This document shows positions 1 to 10,775 of a DNA stretch of 64,000 nt, in pieces (positions within the stretch are counted from its first letter, which is position 1; the number at the start of each line of letters is the position of its first letter). The notes beneath the pieces were generated by a model, which saw only the letters and a list, made by a program, of their open reading frames with translations, searched no databases and was not told the origin of the DNA. A program made the position numbers and the translations under genes. The stretch is from assembly GCA_965223565.1 (NCBI GenBank), contig CBDCWV010000004.1, forward strand, positions 333,683 through 397,682, read 5' to 3'. This DNA comes from Myxococcota bacterium (lineage in GTDB: Bacteria > Myxococcota_A > UBA9160 > UBA4427).

Positions 1-639
<639 letters not shown>

Positions 640-707
640 AAACTTCCCCCTGACGGGCAACTCCGGCGTCTTCCGCCGATTGACTCGATCTCATTCGCGT
701 GAACGGA

Positions 708-3700
708 TCAGGAATCCTCTCGCATCTCGATGTCCAATCCGAGCGCCTGCAGCTCCTTCACGAGCACGTTGAAGCTCTCGGGCAGACCGGGCTCGAGCGT
801 GTTCTCGCCCTTGACAATCGACTCGTAGATGCGCGTTCGACCCTGCACATCGTCCGATTTGACGGTCAGGAACTCCTGGAGTCCATAGGCCGCGCCATAT
901 GCCTCGAGCGCCCAGACCTCCATCTCGCCGAGCCGCTGGCCACCGAACTGGGCCTTGCCGCCGAGTGGCTGCTGCGTCACCAGGCTGTAGGGCCCGATCG
1001 ATCGGGCGTGCATCTTGTCGTCCGCGAGATGGTGGAGCTTCAGCATGTAGATCGTGCCCACCGTGACGTCCCGATCGAAAGGCTCACCGGAGCGACCGTC
1101 GAAGAGCACCATCTGACCCGAGGTCGGCAGCTCCGCCCGCTCGAGCTCCCGTTTGACCGCCTGCTCGCTCGCCCCGTCGAAGACCGCGGTCCCCATGTGG
1201 ATCCCGCGCCCGATATTCGAAGCGATCGACTCGACCGACTCCGCTGACGCGGAATCGATCTGAGCCGCGATCTCGTCGTCGTCGTAGATCTCCTTGAGCT
1301 TCGTGCGGATCTCTTCCGTGGTGGCGCTCTTCTCAAGCATTCGCTCGATCTGGCGCCCGAGACCGTGTGCGGCCCAGCCGAGATGTGTCTCGAGGATCTG
1401 GCCGATATTCATTCGCGACGGAACACCGAGCGGATTGAGCACGATGTCGACCGGCGTGCCGTCGGGCATGTACGGCATGTCCTCCTCGGGAAGGATCCGC
1501 GAGATGACGCCCTTGTTGCCGTGGCGGCCGGCCATCTTGTCGCCGACCGAGAGCTTGCGCTTGATCGCGACGTAGACCTTGACCATCTTGAACACGCCGG
1601 GCGGGAGCTCGTCGCCCTTCTTCAGGCGGGCGATCTTCTCGTCGAAGACCGCCTTGATGACCATCGCCTGCTCCTCCACGTGGTGGAAGACACGATCGAC
1701 GCGCTCCTGGACGGCCGCGTCGGTCACCTGGATTTCGCGCCAACGGCGATCGGGAATCTGATCGATCACCTCGTTCGTGATCGGGTCGCCCGACTTGAGC
1801 CATTCGACGTTCTTGCGCTCGTCCGCGACACGATTCGCCGTCTGCTTGCCGACGATCAGCTCGCGCACGCGATTGAACGCACTCTTGCGAATGATCCGGA
1901 TCTCGTCTTCCTGGTCCTTGCGGAGACGTTCGATCTCGGCCTCCTCGAGGGCCTTCGCGCGTTCGTCCTTTTCGACACCGCGGCGTGAGAAGACCTGCGC
2001 GCCGATGATCGTCCCGGTCACGCCCGGCGGCACGCGCAACGAGGTATCGCGCACGTCGCCCGCCTTCTCGCCGAAGATCGCGCGCAAGAGCCGCTCCTCC
2101 GGAGAGAGCTGCGTCTCGCCCTTCGGCGTGATCTTGCCGACCAGGATGTCGTCCTGGTGGACTTCTGCGCCGATGCGAACGATGCCCGCCTCATCGAGAT
2201 CGCGCAGGGCATCCTCCCCGACGTTCGGGATGTCCCGCGTGATGTCTTCCTTGCCGAGCTTCGTGTCGCGAGCGACGCACTCGAATTCCTCGATGTGGAT
2301 CGACGTGAAGTAGTCGTCTTTGACGATTCGCTCCGAGATCAGGATCGAATCCTCGAAGTTGTATCCACCCCACGGCATGAACGCGACGGTCACGTTCGCA
2401 CCGAGTGCCATTTCGCCCCGATCGGTCGCCGGTCCGTCCGCGATCACCTGACCGGCCTGAACGCGATCGCCGGCCTTGACGATCGGTCGCTGGTTGATGC
2501 AGGTGTTCTGGTTCGAACGCTGGTACTTGATCAGGTTGATGATGTCGACGTTGCTGCCGGTACCGTCGTCTTCGTCCGGCTTCAGAACGATCCGCCCGGC
2601 GTCGACCGATTCGACGGTCCCATCGCGCTTCGCGACCACGGTCACGCCGGAGTCCCGCGCGACGACGGCCTCCATTCCGGTTCCGACGAGCGGCGCACGC
2701 GTGCGAAGCAGAGGCACCGCCTGCCGCATCATGTTGGAGCCCATCAGCGCGCGGTTGGCGTCGTCGTTCTCGAGAAAGGGAATCAACGAGGCCGCCACCG
2801 AGACCAGCTGGTTCGGCGACACGTCCATCATGTCGACCTCTTCCGGCGGAATCATCTCGAACTCGCCCTGCTTGCGGGCGGAGATCCGGTCGTTGACGAA
2901 TTTTCCGTTCTGGTCGAGCGGCGCGTTCGCCTGTGCGATCGCCATCCGTTCCTCGTCTAGGGCCGACAGGAATCTCACGTCCTCCGTCACCTTCGACTCG
3001 TCGACCTGTCTGTAGGGTGTCTCGATGAAGCCCATGTCGTTCACGCGAGCGAACGTCGACAGCGAGGCGATCAGCCCGATATTCGGACCCTCGGGCGTCT
3101 CGATCGGGCAGATCCGGCCGTAGTGCGTGGGATGCACGTCACGCACCTCGAAGCCCGCACGTTCCCGCGTCAGGCCGCCGGGACCGAGCGCCGAGAGGCG
3201 ACGCTTGTGCGTGACCGAGGACAGTGGGTTGGTCTGATCCATGAACTGAGACAGCTGACTCGATCCGAAGAACTCCTTGATCACCGCCGAGACCGGCTTC
3301 GAGTTGATCAAGTCGTGCGGCATGAGCGTCTCGATCTCCTGGAGACTCATGCGTTCCTTGATCGCCCGCTCCATCCGCACCAGGCCGATCCGGTACTGGT
3401 TCTCGAGGAGCTCACCGACGACGCGTACACGACGGTTTCCGAGATGGTCGATGTCGTCGACGCGCTTGCTGAGGTCGGTCCCGTTCTTGAGATCGACGAG
3501 GTATTTGACGGCGGACAGGATGTCCTCCTGCCGCAATGTCGGTAGATCGCCGAGCGCGATCTCCTCGGTCGGATTACCGACGCCCGTCGGGTAGTATTCG
3601 ACCCGCTCCTCTCCGTCGAACTCGAGCTTGTGGTTCAGCTTCAATCGGCCGACCTTGGAGAGGTCGTAGCGCTCCGCATTGAAGAAGAGGTTGTTGAAGA

Positions 3701-4889
3701 GATTCGTCGCCGTATCGAGCGTCGGCGGATCGCCTGGCCGCAGGCGGCGATAGATCTCGATGATCGCTTCGTCCTGGGAGACGGTCTTGTCGGCGAGCAG
3801 GGTGTCGCGGATCGCCGTACCCGTCGAGATCGGGTCGAGAAAGAGCAGCGGGAACTCGAGGATGCCACGGGATTTGAGATCGTCGAGATGCGCCTCGGTG
3901 ATCTCCTCGTTGCACTCTACGATCACCTCCCCCGTCTCTTCGTCGACGATATCGATCGGAGCGACGCGCTTGACTGCGTCGACGCGGATCAGGTCTTCCT
4001 GCCCGACCTGGATCCACTCGAGATTCGCGGCGCGGATCTTGCGTGCTGCCGCCTTGGTGAACTTCTTGTCCTTGCGGACGAGGACGTTGCCGTCGTCGTC
4101 CTTCACCTCGCGGGTACAGCGTTGACCGATCAGGTTCTCGGGTGGCGTCTTCTTGAAGATCTTGCGCCCGTCCAGGCGGATGATCTCGCTCGGATAGAAG
4201 TACTGGAGCAGCTCCTCGGGCTGGTAGCCGAGCGCCTTCAGGAGAACGGTCACGTGGATCTTCCGTCGCCGATCGATCCGGGCGTGAACGATGTCCTTGT
4301 GGTCGTATTCGATGTCGAGCCAGGATCCGCGATAGGGGATCACGCGGCACGAGAAGATCTTCTTTCCGGCCGCACTCGCGGTCGTCGAGATCGACGTGTC
4401 GTAGAAGATGCCGGGCGAGCGGTGGAGCTGCGAGACGATGACGCGCTCGGTGCCGTTGATGATGAACGTGCCGTTGTCGGTCATGATCGGGATCTCCCCG
4501 AAATAGACCTCCTGCTCCTTGACGTCGCGAATGGTCTGGGAGCCTTCGGCATCGTCCCAGGCGACGAGTCGGATGGTCACCTTGAAGGGCGCCGCATACG
4601 TCATCCCTCGCTGGAGACACTCCTGCACGTCGTACTTCGGCTGCTCGAGGGCATAGCCGACGAACTCGAGCGAAGCGGTGTCGTTGAAGTCCCGGATCGG
4701 GAACACGGAATTGAAGACGGCCTGCAGTCCGACGTTCTCACGCTTCTCCATCTCGACACCGGTCTGGAGGAAGCGCTCGAACGACAGCTTCTGGATCTCG
4801 AGCAGATTCGGGATGTCGATGATTCGCGGGATGCTCGAGAAGGACTTGCGCAGTCGTGGGGCGAAATCGGAGAAATTGGTCTCAGGCAC
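708..4889 (-). CDS. rpoB: DNA-directed RNA polymerase beta subunit
   Basis: Motifs [78 protein letters not shown]. Start placed at GTG 4889 behind AGGAGGGTGAT; the ORF-track start at 5072 is too long. Confidence 0.98.
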   Translation of the reverse strand: MPETNFSDFAPRLRKSFSSIPRIIDIPNLLEIQKLSFERFLQTGVEMEKRENVGLQAVFNSVFPIRDFNDTASLEFVGYALEQPKYDVQECLQRGMTYAAPFKVTIRLVAWDDAEGSQTIRDVKEQEVYFGEIPIMTDNGTFIINGTERVIVSQLHRSPGIFYDTSISTTASAAGKKIFSCRVIPYRGSWLDIEYDHKDIVHARIDRRRKIHVTVLLKALGYQPEELLQYFYPSEIIRLDGRKIFKKTPPENLIGQRCTREVKDDDGNVLVRKDKKFTKAAARKIRAANLEWIQVGQEDLIRVDAVKRVAPIDIVDEETGEVIVECNEEITEAHLDDLKSRGILEFPLLFLDPISTGTAIRDTLLADKTVSQDEAIIEIYRRLRPGDPPTLDTATNLFNNLFFNAERYDLSKVGRLKLNHKLEFDGEERVEYYPTGVGNPTEEIALGDLPTLRQEDILSAVKYLVDLKNGTDLSKRVDDIDHLGNRRVRVVGELLENQYRIGLVRMERAIKERMSLQEIETLMPHDLINSKPVSAVIKEFFGSSQLSQFMDQTNPLSSVTHKRRLSALGPGGLTRERAGFEVRDVHPTHYGRICPIETPEGPNIGLIASLSTFARVNDMGFIETPYRQVDESKVTEDVRFLSALDEERMAIAQANAPLDQNGKFVNDRISARKQGEFEMIPPEEVDMMDVSPNQLVSVAASLIPFLENDDANRALMGSNMMRQAVPLLRTRAPLVGTGMEAVVARDSGVTVVAKRDGTVESVDAGRIVLKPDEDDGTGSNVDIINLIKYQRSNQNTCINQRPIVKAGDRVQAGQVIADGPATDRGEMALGANVTVAFMPWGGYNFEDSILISERIVKDDYFTSIHIEEFECVARDTKLGKEDITRDIPNVGEDALRDLDEAGIVRIGAEVHQDDILVGKITPKGETQLSPEERLLRAIFGEKAGDVRDTSLRVPPGVTGTIIGAQVFSRRGVEKDERAKALEEAEIERLRKDQEDEIRIIRKSAFNRVRELIVGKQTANRVADERKNVEWLKSGDPITNEVIDQIPDRRWREIQVTDAAVQERVDRVFHHVEEQAMVIKAVFDEKIARLKKGDELPPGVFKMVKVYVAIKRKLSVGDKMAGRHGNKGVISRILPEEDMPYMPDGTPVDIVLNPLGVPSRMNIGQILETHLGWAAHGLGRQIERMLEKSATTEEIRTKLKEIYDDDEIAAQIDSASAESVESIASNIGRGIHMGTAVFDGASEQAVKRELERAELPTSGQMVLFDGRSGEPFDRDVTVGTIYMLKLHHLADDKMHARSIGPYSLVTQQPLGGKAQFGGQRLGEMEVWALEAYGAAYGLQEFLTVKSDDVQGRTRIYESIVKGENTLEPGLPESFNVLVKELQALGLDIEMREDS

Positions 4890-5101
4890 GAGTGTGATCA
4901 CCCTCCTGTGTAGCTTCGATCCCCACGAACCACTCTTCCGCAGGGCTTCGATGCTTGACCCATGAACGCGGCCGATCGGCGGAGCTCGAGGCACACCCGA
5001 GTCCCGCGTCGATCGATCCGTACGAATCCAGACGGCGCGAGCGGAGCGTCGTCCAGTCTCCCGGCCCCGCACGCAAGAGCGCGAGAACGCGGAAATCGCG
5101 A

Positions 5102-5149
5102 ACCGGACCTTCGCATTCGGCCCGTTTCCGACCGAATGCGAAGGCCGGT
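5102..5149 (-). terminator. Strong hairpin (terminator/attenuator) between rplL and rpoB
   Basis: Inverted repeat CCTTCGCATTCGG (5108-5120) / CCGAATGCGAAGG (5132-5144), extended by ACCGG/CCGGT, immediately after the rplL stop; U-tract weak. Confidence 0.55.
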
Positions 5150-5150
5150 G

Positions 5151-5528
5151 TCATTTGACGTCGACCTGGCCGCCGGCCTCTTCGATCTTCTTCTGGATCT
5201 CGTCGGCCTCGTCCTTTGGAACGCCTTCCTTGATCGGCTTCGGAACGCCCTCGACGAGCTCCTTCGCCTCCTTCAAGCCGAGGCCCGTGATGCCGCGAAT
5301 CTCCTTGATCACCTGGATCTTCTTGTCACCGAACGAGGTCAGGATGACGTCGAAATCATCCTTGGCTTCCACGGCCTCGCCGGCCGCTGCGGGGCCGGCC
5401 GCCGCCGCGACAGCGACGGGCGCCGCCGCCGAAACGCCCCATTTCTCTTCGAGCAGCTTCGCGAGCTCGGCTGCCTCCATCACCGTGAGGCTCGACAGGG
5501 TGTCTACGATTTCGTTGAGATCCGCCAT
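5151..5528 (-). CDS. rplL: 50S ribosomal protein L7/L12
   Basis: [26 protein letters not shown]...[24 protein letters not shown]. Confidence 0.98.
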   Translation of the reverse strand: MADLNEIVDTLSSLTVMEAAELAKLLEEKWGVSAAAPVAVAAAAGPAAAGEAVEAKDDFDVILTSFGDKKIQVIKEIRGITGLGLKEAKELVEGVPKPIKEGVPKDEADEIQKKIEEAGGQVDVK

Positions 5529-5550
5529 GGTCTTCTTCTTCCTTTATCAG

Positions 5551-5584
5551 GGGCGGTGCCAGCGGGCCTGATGCCCTCCCGCCC
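5551..5584 (-). promoter_or_regulatory. L1-binding-type RNA motif upstream of rplL
   Basis: Minus strand GGGCGG-GA-GGGC-ATCAG-GCCC-GCTGGCA-CCGCCC; same architecture as the rplK leader motif at 7396-7430. Confidence 0.55.
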
Positions 5585-5682
5585 GGTCAATGAGTCGACG
5601 TTCCGCATGCGGAGGTCGATCTCGCAGTCTCGTCTTCCGCGAGTCGTCACCGACCCGCTCGTTCCCCGGCTCGGGGCGGGCG

Positions 5683-6225
5683 CTAGCTCTCACCCTCTCC
5701 GGCGGCCGCCGACTCGCGTGCCGCGACGACTCGTGCGAGCTGCGAGCCCGGCTCGGAGAGCAGCCGTGCCAGCTTGCTCGCCGGTGCCTGCAGCAATCCG
5801 ACGATCTTGCCGCGCAGCTCTTCGAGCGAGGGCAGCGTCGCGAGGGTCGCGATCTCGGCCTTGCCGAGGACCTCCCCTTCGAGAAGTCCGCCCCGAAGCT
5901 CGAATGCCTCGTTCTCCTTCGCGTAGTCGACGAGCGTCTTCGCCAGTGCGACCGGATCGCCGAAGGACATCGCGACCGACGTCGTACCGGTGAAGTGCTC
6001 CTGCAATCCCTCCGCCGGACCACCCGCCGTGGCGAGCCGGAGCACCGTGTTCTTCGAAACGCGGAACTCCCCTTCGCTGGCCTCCGCCTTCCGGATCCCG
6101 CCTCGCAGCGCTTCCATCTGTGAGACACCGAGCCCACGGTAGTCCGCGACGAACACGCTCGTAGCGCGTTCGAATTTCTTCTTGAGCTCGGCGACCTGCT
6201 CTTCCTTCTGTGTTCGCGTCAGCAT
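5683..6225 (-). CDS. rplJ: 50S ribosomal protein L10
   Basis: KEEQVAELKKKF...DYRGLGVSQMEALR...VSKNTVLRLA...LATLPSLEEL; position between rplA and rplL. Confidence 0.97.
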   Translation of the reverse strand: MLTRTQKEEQVAELKKKFERATSVFVADYRGLGVSQMEALRGGIRKAEASEGEFRVSKNTVLRLATAGGPAEGLQEHFTGTTSVAMSFGDPVALAKTLVDYAKENEAFELRGGLLEGEVLGKAEIATLATLPSLEELRGKIVGLLQAPASKLARLLSEPGSQLARVVAARESAAAGEGES

Positions 6226-6235
6226 TTCGCCCCTC

Positions 6236-6940
6236 TCATGCCGCCTTCAACGGGGATGCCGGATCGACCTTGAAACCAGGGCCCATCGTCGACGACACCG
6301 CGATCTTCTTCAGATAGGTTCCCTTGGTCGAGGCCGGCTTGGCCTTCAGGATCACGTCGATCAAGGCCGACGCATTCTCCCAGAGCTTCTCCGCGTCGAA
6401 CGAGACCTTGCCGATCCCGCAGTGCACGATTCCGGCCTTGTCCACCCGATACTCCACCTTGCCCGCCTTCTGATCGCGCACCGCCTCGCCCACGTTCGGA
6501 GTCACCGTCCCGAGCTTCGGATTCGGCATCAGACCGCGTGGTCCGAGCACGCGCCCGAGGCGCCCCACCACGCCCATCATGTCGGGAGTCGCGATCACCC
6601 GATCGAACTCGAACCAGCCCTCGTCCTGGATCTTCTTGGCGAGATCGTCGCCTCCCACGTAGTCCGCACCCGCCTCGAGCGCTTCTTTCTCTTTGTCGCC
6701 CTTCGCGAAGACGAGCACGCGCGTCGACTTGCCGACACCATTCGGCAGGACGATCGCGCCACGCACCATCTGGTCGGCGTGCTTGGGATCGACACCCAGG
6801 TTGATCGCGATGTCGACCGTCTCGTCGAATTTCGCCGTCGGACCCGCCTTTACCTTCGTGAGCGCTTCCTCGAGCGAGTAGAGCTGGTTGCGATCGAGCT
6901 GCTCCTCGGCCTCGCGATAACGCTTGCTTGCCTTGCCCAT
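6236..6940 (-). CDS. rplA: 50S ribosomal protein L1
   Basis: [48 protein letters not shown]. Confidence 0.98.
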   Translation of the reverse strand: MGKASKRYREAEEQLDRNQLYSLEEALTKVKAGPTAKFDETVDIAINLGVDPKHADQMVRGAIVLPNGVGKSTRVLVFAKGDKEKEALEAGADYVGGDDLAKKIQDEGWFEFDRVIATPDMMGVVGRLGRVLGPRGLMPNPKLGTVTPNVGEAVRDQKAGKVEYRVDKAGIVHCGIGKVSFDAEKLWENASALIDVILKAKPASTKGTYLKKIAVSSTMGPGFKVDPASPLKAA

Positions 6941-6945
6941 CGCGT

Positions 6946-7371
6946 TCAGCCCTCCACTTCGAGGCCCATCGAGCGAGCGGTGCCCGCGATGATCTTCACG
7001 GCCTGTTCCGGGTCGAACGCGTTGAGATCGTCTTTCTTCATCTCGACGATCTCGAGCAGCTGTGCCTTGGTGACCTTCCCGACCTTGTTGCGATTGGGCT
7101 CACCCGATCCCTTCTTGAGCTTCGCCGCCTTCTTGAGCAGCACCGCAGCCGGCGGCGACTTCAAGACGAAGGTGAAGCTCCGATCCTGATAGATCGTGAT
7201 CTCGGCTGGGATGATCAGCCCGCCCTTGTCCTGCGTCTTCGCGTTGAACGCCTTGCAGAACTCCATGATGTTGACGCCATGCTGACCGAGTGCCGGACCG
7301 ACGGGCGGCGCTGGATTCGCCTGCCCGGCCGGACACTGCAGCTTGACGACTGCCATGACCTTCTTTGCCAC
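6946..7371 (-). CDS. rplK: 50S ribosomal protein L11
   Basis: [44 protein letters not shown]. Confidence 0.98.
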   Translation of the reverse strand: MAKKVMAVVKLQCPAGQANPAPPVGPALGQHGVNIMEFCKAFNAKTQDKGGLIIPAEITIYQDRSFTFVLKSPPAAVLLKKAAKLKKGSGEPNRNKVGKVTKAQLLEIVEMKKDDLNAFDPEQAVKIIAGTARSMGLEVEG

Positions 7372-7395
7372 TTTCCTCTCTGCTCCTCACCACTG

Positions 7396-7430
7396 GCGGT
7401 CCGCGGCCGACCTCGTGGTCGACCTCCCGC
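7396..7430 (-). promoter_or_regulatory. L1-binding autoregulatory site in rplK leader
   Basis: Minus strand GCGG-GA-GGTCGACC-ACGA-GGTCGGCC-GCGGA-CCGC; asymmetric internal loop about 25 nt before rplK, the expected location. Confidence 0.75.
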
Positions 7431-7481
7431 TTACCGTTGGCGAACGTTGGCCGGGCGCCCTGCCCGACCGTATGCGTCTCG

Positions 7482-7510
7482 CGAAGACCGATCGCCGAAG
7501 TCGGTCTTCG
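7482..7510. other. 10-bp-stem hairpin in nusG-rplK spacer
   Basis: CGAAGACCGA (7482-7491) / TCGGTCTTCG (7501-7510); possible stabiliser or processing/pause site. Confidence 0.4.
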
Positions 7511-7587
7511 AATCCAAAATCAGAGTCGAGCTAGCCGATGGGGCGAATCGGCTCGTTCGAACCCGTTCCTTCGGCGTGACGGGCGCC

Positions 7588-8196
7588 TCAGGCCTTCTCC
7601 ACGTTCGAGTAGTCGAGGACGACCGGAGTCGCGCGGCCGAACACCTGGACCATCACGCGGAGCTTCTCCTTGTCTTCCATGACCTCATCGACGAAGCCCG
7701 AGAAATTCGCGAAGGGCCCCGTCGTGACGCGTACGTTCTCGCCCTCGTCGAAATGGATCAGCGGCTTGGGCTTGACGGCCCCCTCCTTGATCCGCTGCGT
7801 CATCCGCGCGACCTCGTCATCCGAGATCGGCGGCGGGTCGGTCGCGTTCCCGACGAAGCCCGTGATCTTCGGCGTCCCCTTGACCACGTGCCAGGTTTCG
7901 TCGTTCAGCTCCATGTGGACGATGATGTAGCCGGGAAAGAACTTCCGCTTCGAGGTCCGCTTCTGACCTCCGACCATCTCGACGACGCTCTCCTCCGGAA
8001 CCAGCACCTCGTCGAATTGCTCGTCGAATCCCATGGTCTTGGCCCGCTCGAGCAGCGCCTTCTTCGCCCGCGTCTCCTGGCCCGAGTAGGTGTGCACGAT
8101 GTACCACTTCTTCGTGTCGTTCTTCGACGCGTTCTCCGAAGTCGAGTCCGACTCCGCATCCGCGACCGGCACGCCTTCTCCGCCTGCTGTTTCCAT
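7588..8196 (-). CDS. nusG: Transcription termination/antitermination factor NusG
   Basis: KKWYIVHTYSGQE, FFPGYIIVHM, KOW motif GPFANFSG, FGRATPV. Confidence 0.97.
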   Translation of the reverse strand: METAGGEGVPVADAESDSTSENASKNDTKKWYIVHTYSGQETRAKKALLERAKTMGFDEQFDEVLVPEESVVEMVGGQKRTSKRKFFPGYIIVHMELNDETWHVVKGTPKITGFVGNATDPPPISDDEVARMTQRIKEGAVKPKPLIHFDEGENVRVTTGPFANFSGFVDEVMEDKEKLRVMVQVFGRATPVVLDYSNVEKA

Positions 8197-8402
8197 CAGC
8201 CCAACACCATCTGCATCACCCGACTCAGTCCGAAGTCGACGACGCCTAGAAAAGTCGCAATCACGGAGACGATGACGACGACCGCGATCGTCCCGTTGAT
8301 CATTTCTGCTTGTGGGGGCCAGGTGATCTTGTTGAACTCACCCTGGACCTCGCTCACGTATTGCCGCGATCGCCCGAGCCACCCCTGGGAATCTTCCGAC
8401 AT
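8196..8402 (-). CDS. secE: Preprotein translocase subunit SecE
   Basis: EVQGEFNKITWP followed by one TM helix; between tRNA-Trp and nusG; start at ATG 8402. Confidence 0.93.
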   Translation of the reverse strand: MSEDSQGWLGRSRQYVSEVQGEFNKITWPPQAEMINGTIAVVVIVSVIATFLGVVDFGLSRVMQMVLG

Positions 8403-8471
8403 CGAACCCCCGTTCGCCTCGAACCACGCGGTAGCATCCGACCGACCGACCCGATTTGGCGAGGCCGGAGT

Positions 8472-8547
8472 TGGCAGGGCCGGAGGGACTCGAACCCCCA
8501 ACCTCCGGATTTGGAGTCCGATGCACTACCAATTGTGCTACGGCCCT
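8472..8547 (-). tRNA. tRNA-Trp (CCA)
   Basis: AGGGCCGTAGCACAATTGGTAGTGCATCGGACTCCAAATCCGGAGGTTGGGGGTTCGAGTCCCTCCGGCCCTGCCA; cloverleaf, anticodon CCA, encoded CCA end. Confidence 0.97.
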
Positions 8548-8627
8548 ACGAACTCGAACCCGTCGCTCTTTCCCATCTCGTCCCGAACGACTTTAAACGC
8601 TCGGTCCGGGGCGAGGCGTCGAACGTC

Positions 8628-9818
8628 CTACTCGATCACCTCGGAGACGACGCCGGATCCGACGGTGCGTCCGCCTTCGCGGATCGCGAAGCGCAGCTCC
8701 TTGTCCATCGCGATCGGCGTGATCAGCTCCACCGTCATCTCCACGTTGTCCCCGGGCATCACCATCTCCGTCCCGTCCGGAAGGTTCGCCACACCCGTCA
8801 CGTCCGTCGTCCGAAAATAGAACTGCGGCCGATAACCGTTGAAGAAAGGCGTATGACGGCCCCCCTCGTCCTTCGTCAGGATGTACGCCTGAGCACGGAA
8901 CTTCGTATGCGGCGTGATCGAGCCCGGCTTCGCCAGAACCTGACCCCGCTCCACCTCGTCCTTCCCCGTGCCACGCAACAGACAACCCACGTTGTCCCCA
9001 GCACGACCCTCGTCCAACAGCTTCCGGAACATCTCCACGCCCGTGATCGTCGTCTTCTGCGTGTCGCGGATCCCCACGATCTCCACCTCGTCAGACGGAT
9101 GCACCGTCCCCGCTTCCACGCGACCCGTCACCACCGTTCCGCGCCCCGTGATCGAGAAGACATCCTCGATCGGCATCAGAAAATCCTTGTCCAAAGCACG
9201 CTCAGGCTCCGGAATGTTCGCGTCCAAAGCCCCCATCAGCTCGTCGATACAAGCGTTCGCCTCGTCGTTCGAAGAATCCTCACCCGCCTTCAGCGCAGAA
9301 CCCTTCACGATCGGAATGTTGTCCCCATCGAACTCGTAGTTCGACAAGAGCTCACGAATCTCCATCTCAACGAGCTCGAGCAGCTCCTCGTCGTCCACCT
9401 GATCCACCTTGTTCAGGAAAACCACGATATGGGGAACATTCACCTGACGCGCCAACAACACATGCTCACGCGTCTGCGGCATCGGACCATCCGCGGCGCT
9501 CACCACGAGGATCGCGCCGTCCATCTGTGCCGCACCCGTGATCATGTTCTTCACGTAGTCCGCGTGACCCGGACAATCCACGTGTGCGTAGTGACGGCTA
9601 TCCGTCTCGTACTCCACGTGCGCCGTCGCGATCGTGATCCCTCGCTCTCGCTCTTCCGGTGCCTTGTCGATGTTCGCGAAGTCCATCTTCTCCGCCAGAC
9701 CCTTGTGCGCCTGACGGGAAGTGATCGCAGCCGTCAACGTCGTCTTGCCGTGATCCACGTGACCGATCGTACCCACGTTCACGTGTGGCTTGTTTCGCTC
9801 GAACTTTTCCTTGGCCAT
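8628..9818 (-). CDS. tuf: Elongation factor Tu
   Basis: [50 protein letters not shown]. Confidence 0.99.
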   Translation of the reverse strand: MAKEKFERNKPHVNVGTIGHVDHGKTTLTAAITSRQAHKGLAEKMDFANIDKAPEERERGITIATAHVEYETDSRHYAHVDCPGHADYVKNMITGAAQMDGAILVVSAADGPMPQTREHVLLARQVNVPHIVVFLNKVDQVDDEELLELVEMEIRELLSNYEFDGDNIPIVKGSALKAGEDSSNDEANACIDELMGALDANIPEPERALDKDFLMPIEDVFSITGRGTVVTGRVEAGTVHPSDEVEIVGIRDTQKTTITGVEMFRKLLDEGRAGDNVGCLLRGTGKDEVERGQVLAKPGSITPHTKFRAQAYILTKDEGGRHTPFFNGYRPQFYFRTTDVTGVANLPDGTEMVMPGDNVEMTVELITPIAMDKELRFAIREGGRTVGSGVVSEVIE

Positions 9819-9974
9819 CTTCTTTGGTTTCTCAGCCTGCTCGCTGGTTGTGTCGACATCGAATCGGGACGAGGTCTCGATTCACAGGGGCCTACCCCGA
9901 TGCCGATCGTTATGTTTTCGATCTCGATCCCGCGCTCTTCTCTCTCGATCGAGCCCGCCCGAGACCGTCGAGTC

Positions 9975-10050
9975 TGGAGCTCACGAGCGGGCTTGAACCG
10001 CTGACCTCGTCCTTACCAAGGACGTGCTCTACCACCTGAGCTACGTGAGC
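9975..10050 (-). tRNA. tRNA-Thr (GGT)
   Basis: GCTCACGTAGCTCAGG...GTCCTTGGTAAGGAC...GGTTCAAGCCCGCTCGTGAGCTCCA. Confidence 0.97.
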
Positions 10051-10140
10051 AGATGCTCAGCCTTTGTCTCAACTTCTCTTCGTTTCCGCTTCGATCGTCC
10101 CTCGCCGATCCGTTCTCGCTTTCGTCGATCGGTCTGTTCA

Positions 10141-10217
10141 TGGAGCGGGAAACGGGATTCGAACCCGCGACCCCCAGCTTGGAAGGCTGGTGCTCTAGCC
10201 AGCTGAGCTATTCCCGC
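10141..10217 (-). tRNA. tRNA-Gly (TCC)
   Basis: GCGGGAATAGCTCAG...CCAGCCTTCCAAGCTGG...GGTTCGAATCCCGTTTCCCGCTCCA. Confidence 0.97.
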
Positions 10218-10256
10218 GTACGTGCTCGCAAATTCGATCTGCGGAATTCTCGGGGG

Positions 10257-10343
10257 TGGTGGAGAGAGGAGGATTCGAACCTCCGTAGGCCAAAGGCCAG
10301 CAGATTTACAGTCTGCCCCGTTTAACCGCTTCGGTATCTCTCC
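10257..10343 (-). tRNA. tRNA-Tyr (GTA)
   Basis: GGAGAGATACCGAAGCGG...GCAGACTGTAAATCTGC, long variable arm, ...GGTTCGAATCCTCCTCTCTCCACCA. Confidence 0.97.
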
Positions 10344-10476
10344 ATCGTCCAGTCATTCCCAATGCGTCGTCATGCGTCGTCGCGTTCGATGCCGAATGGA
10401 ACGCGCCCTCGAGTGTGAAGCGCAGCGAGCCTCGGTTCGGATCGACCGTATGCTCCGGATCAGCGAGACCGACCGG

Positions 10477-10549
10477 AGCTGGCGAGGGGACTCGAACCCT
10501 TAACCTTCGGATTACAAATCCGGTGCTCTACCAGTTGAGCTACGCCAGC
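10477..10549 (-). tRNA. tRNA-Thr (TGT)
   Basis: GCTGGCGTAGCTCAACTGG...CCGGATTTGTAATCCGA...GGTTCGAGTCCCCTCGCCAGCT; followed by CCG, not CCA; first of the Thr-Tyr-Gly-Thr-tuf series. Confidence 0.93.
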
Positions 10550-10775
10550 CAAAGCTTCGCAGGGTCGTTTTCCATTCCAGCCAACCCGACTCGTCGAGCG
10601 GCTTCGTGGACGCGATCATGAGCGGAACGCAAAAAAATGTCGTGTGAAATCGGAACTGATGAGGCCAGACTATAGACCGCGTTCGTCCCCGCTGGCAAGC
10701 GCCTCACGCCTCGCTGCTGGCCCCCTAGGGGGAAAATGGGCCTCGGTACCACGGTCGATCCATGGAAACACCGAC

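Noticed and set aside
7482-7510. Hairpin starting CGAAGACCG as a displaced L10 leader
   Set aside because: Only the first few bases resemble that leader; the rest is a simple perfect stem without the expected internal structure
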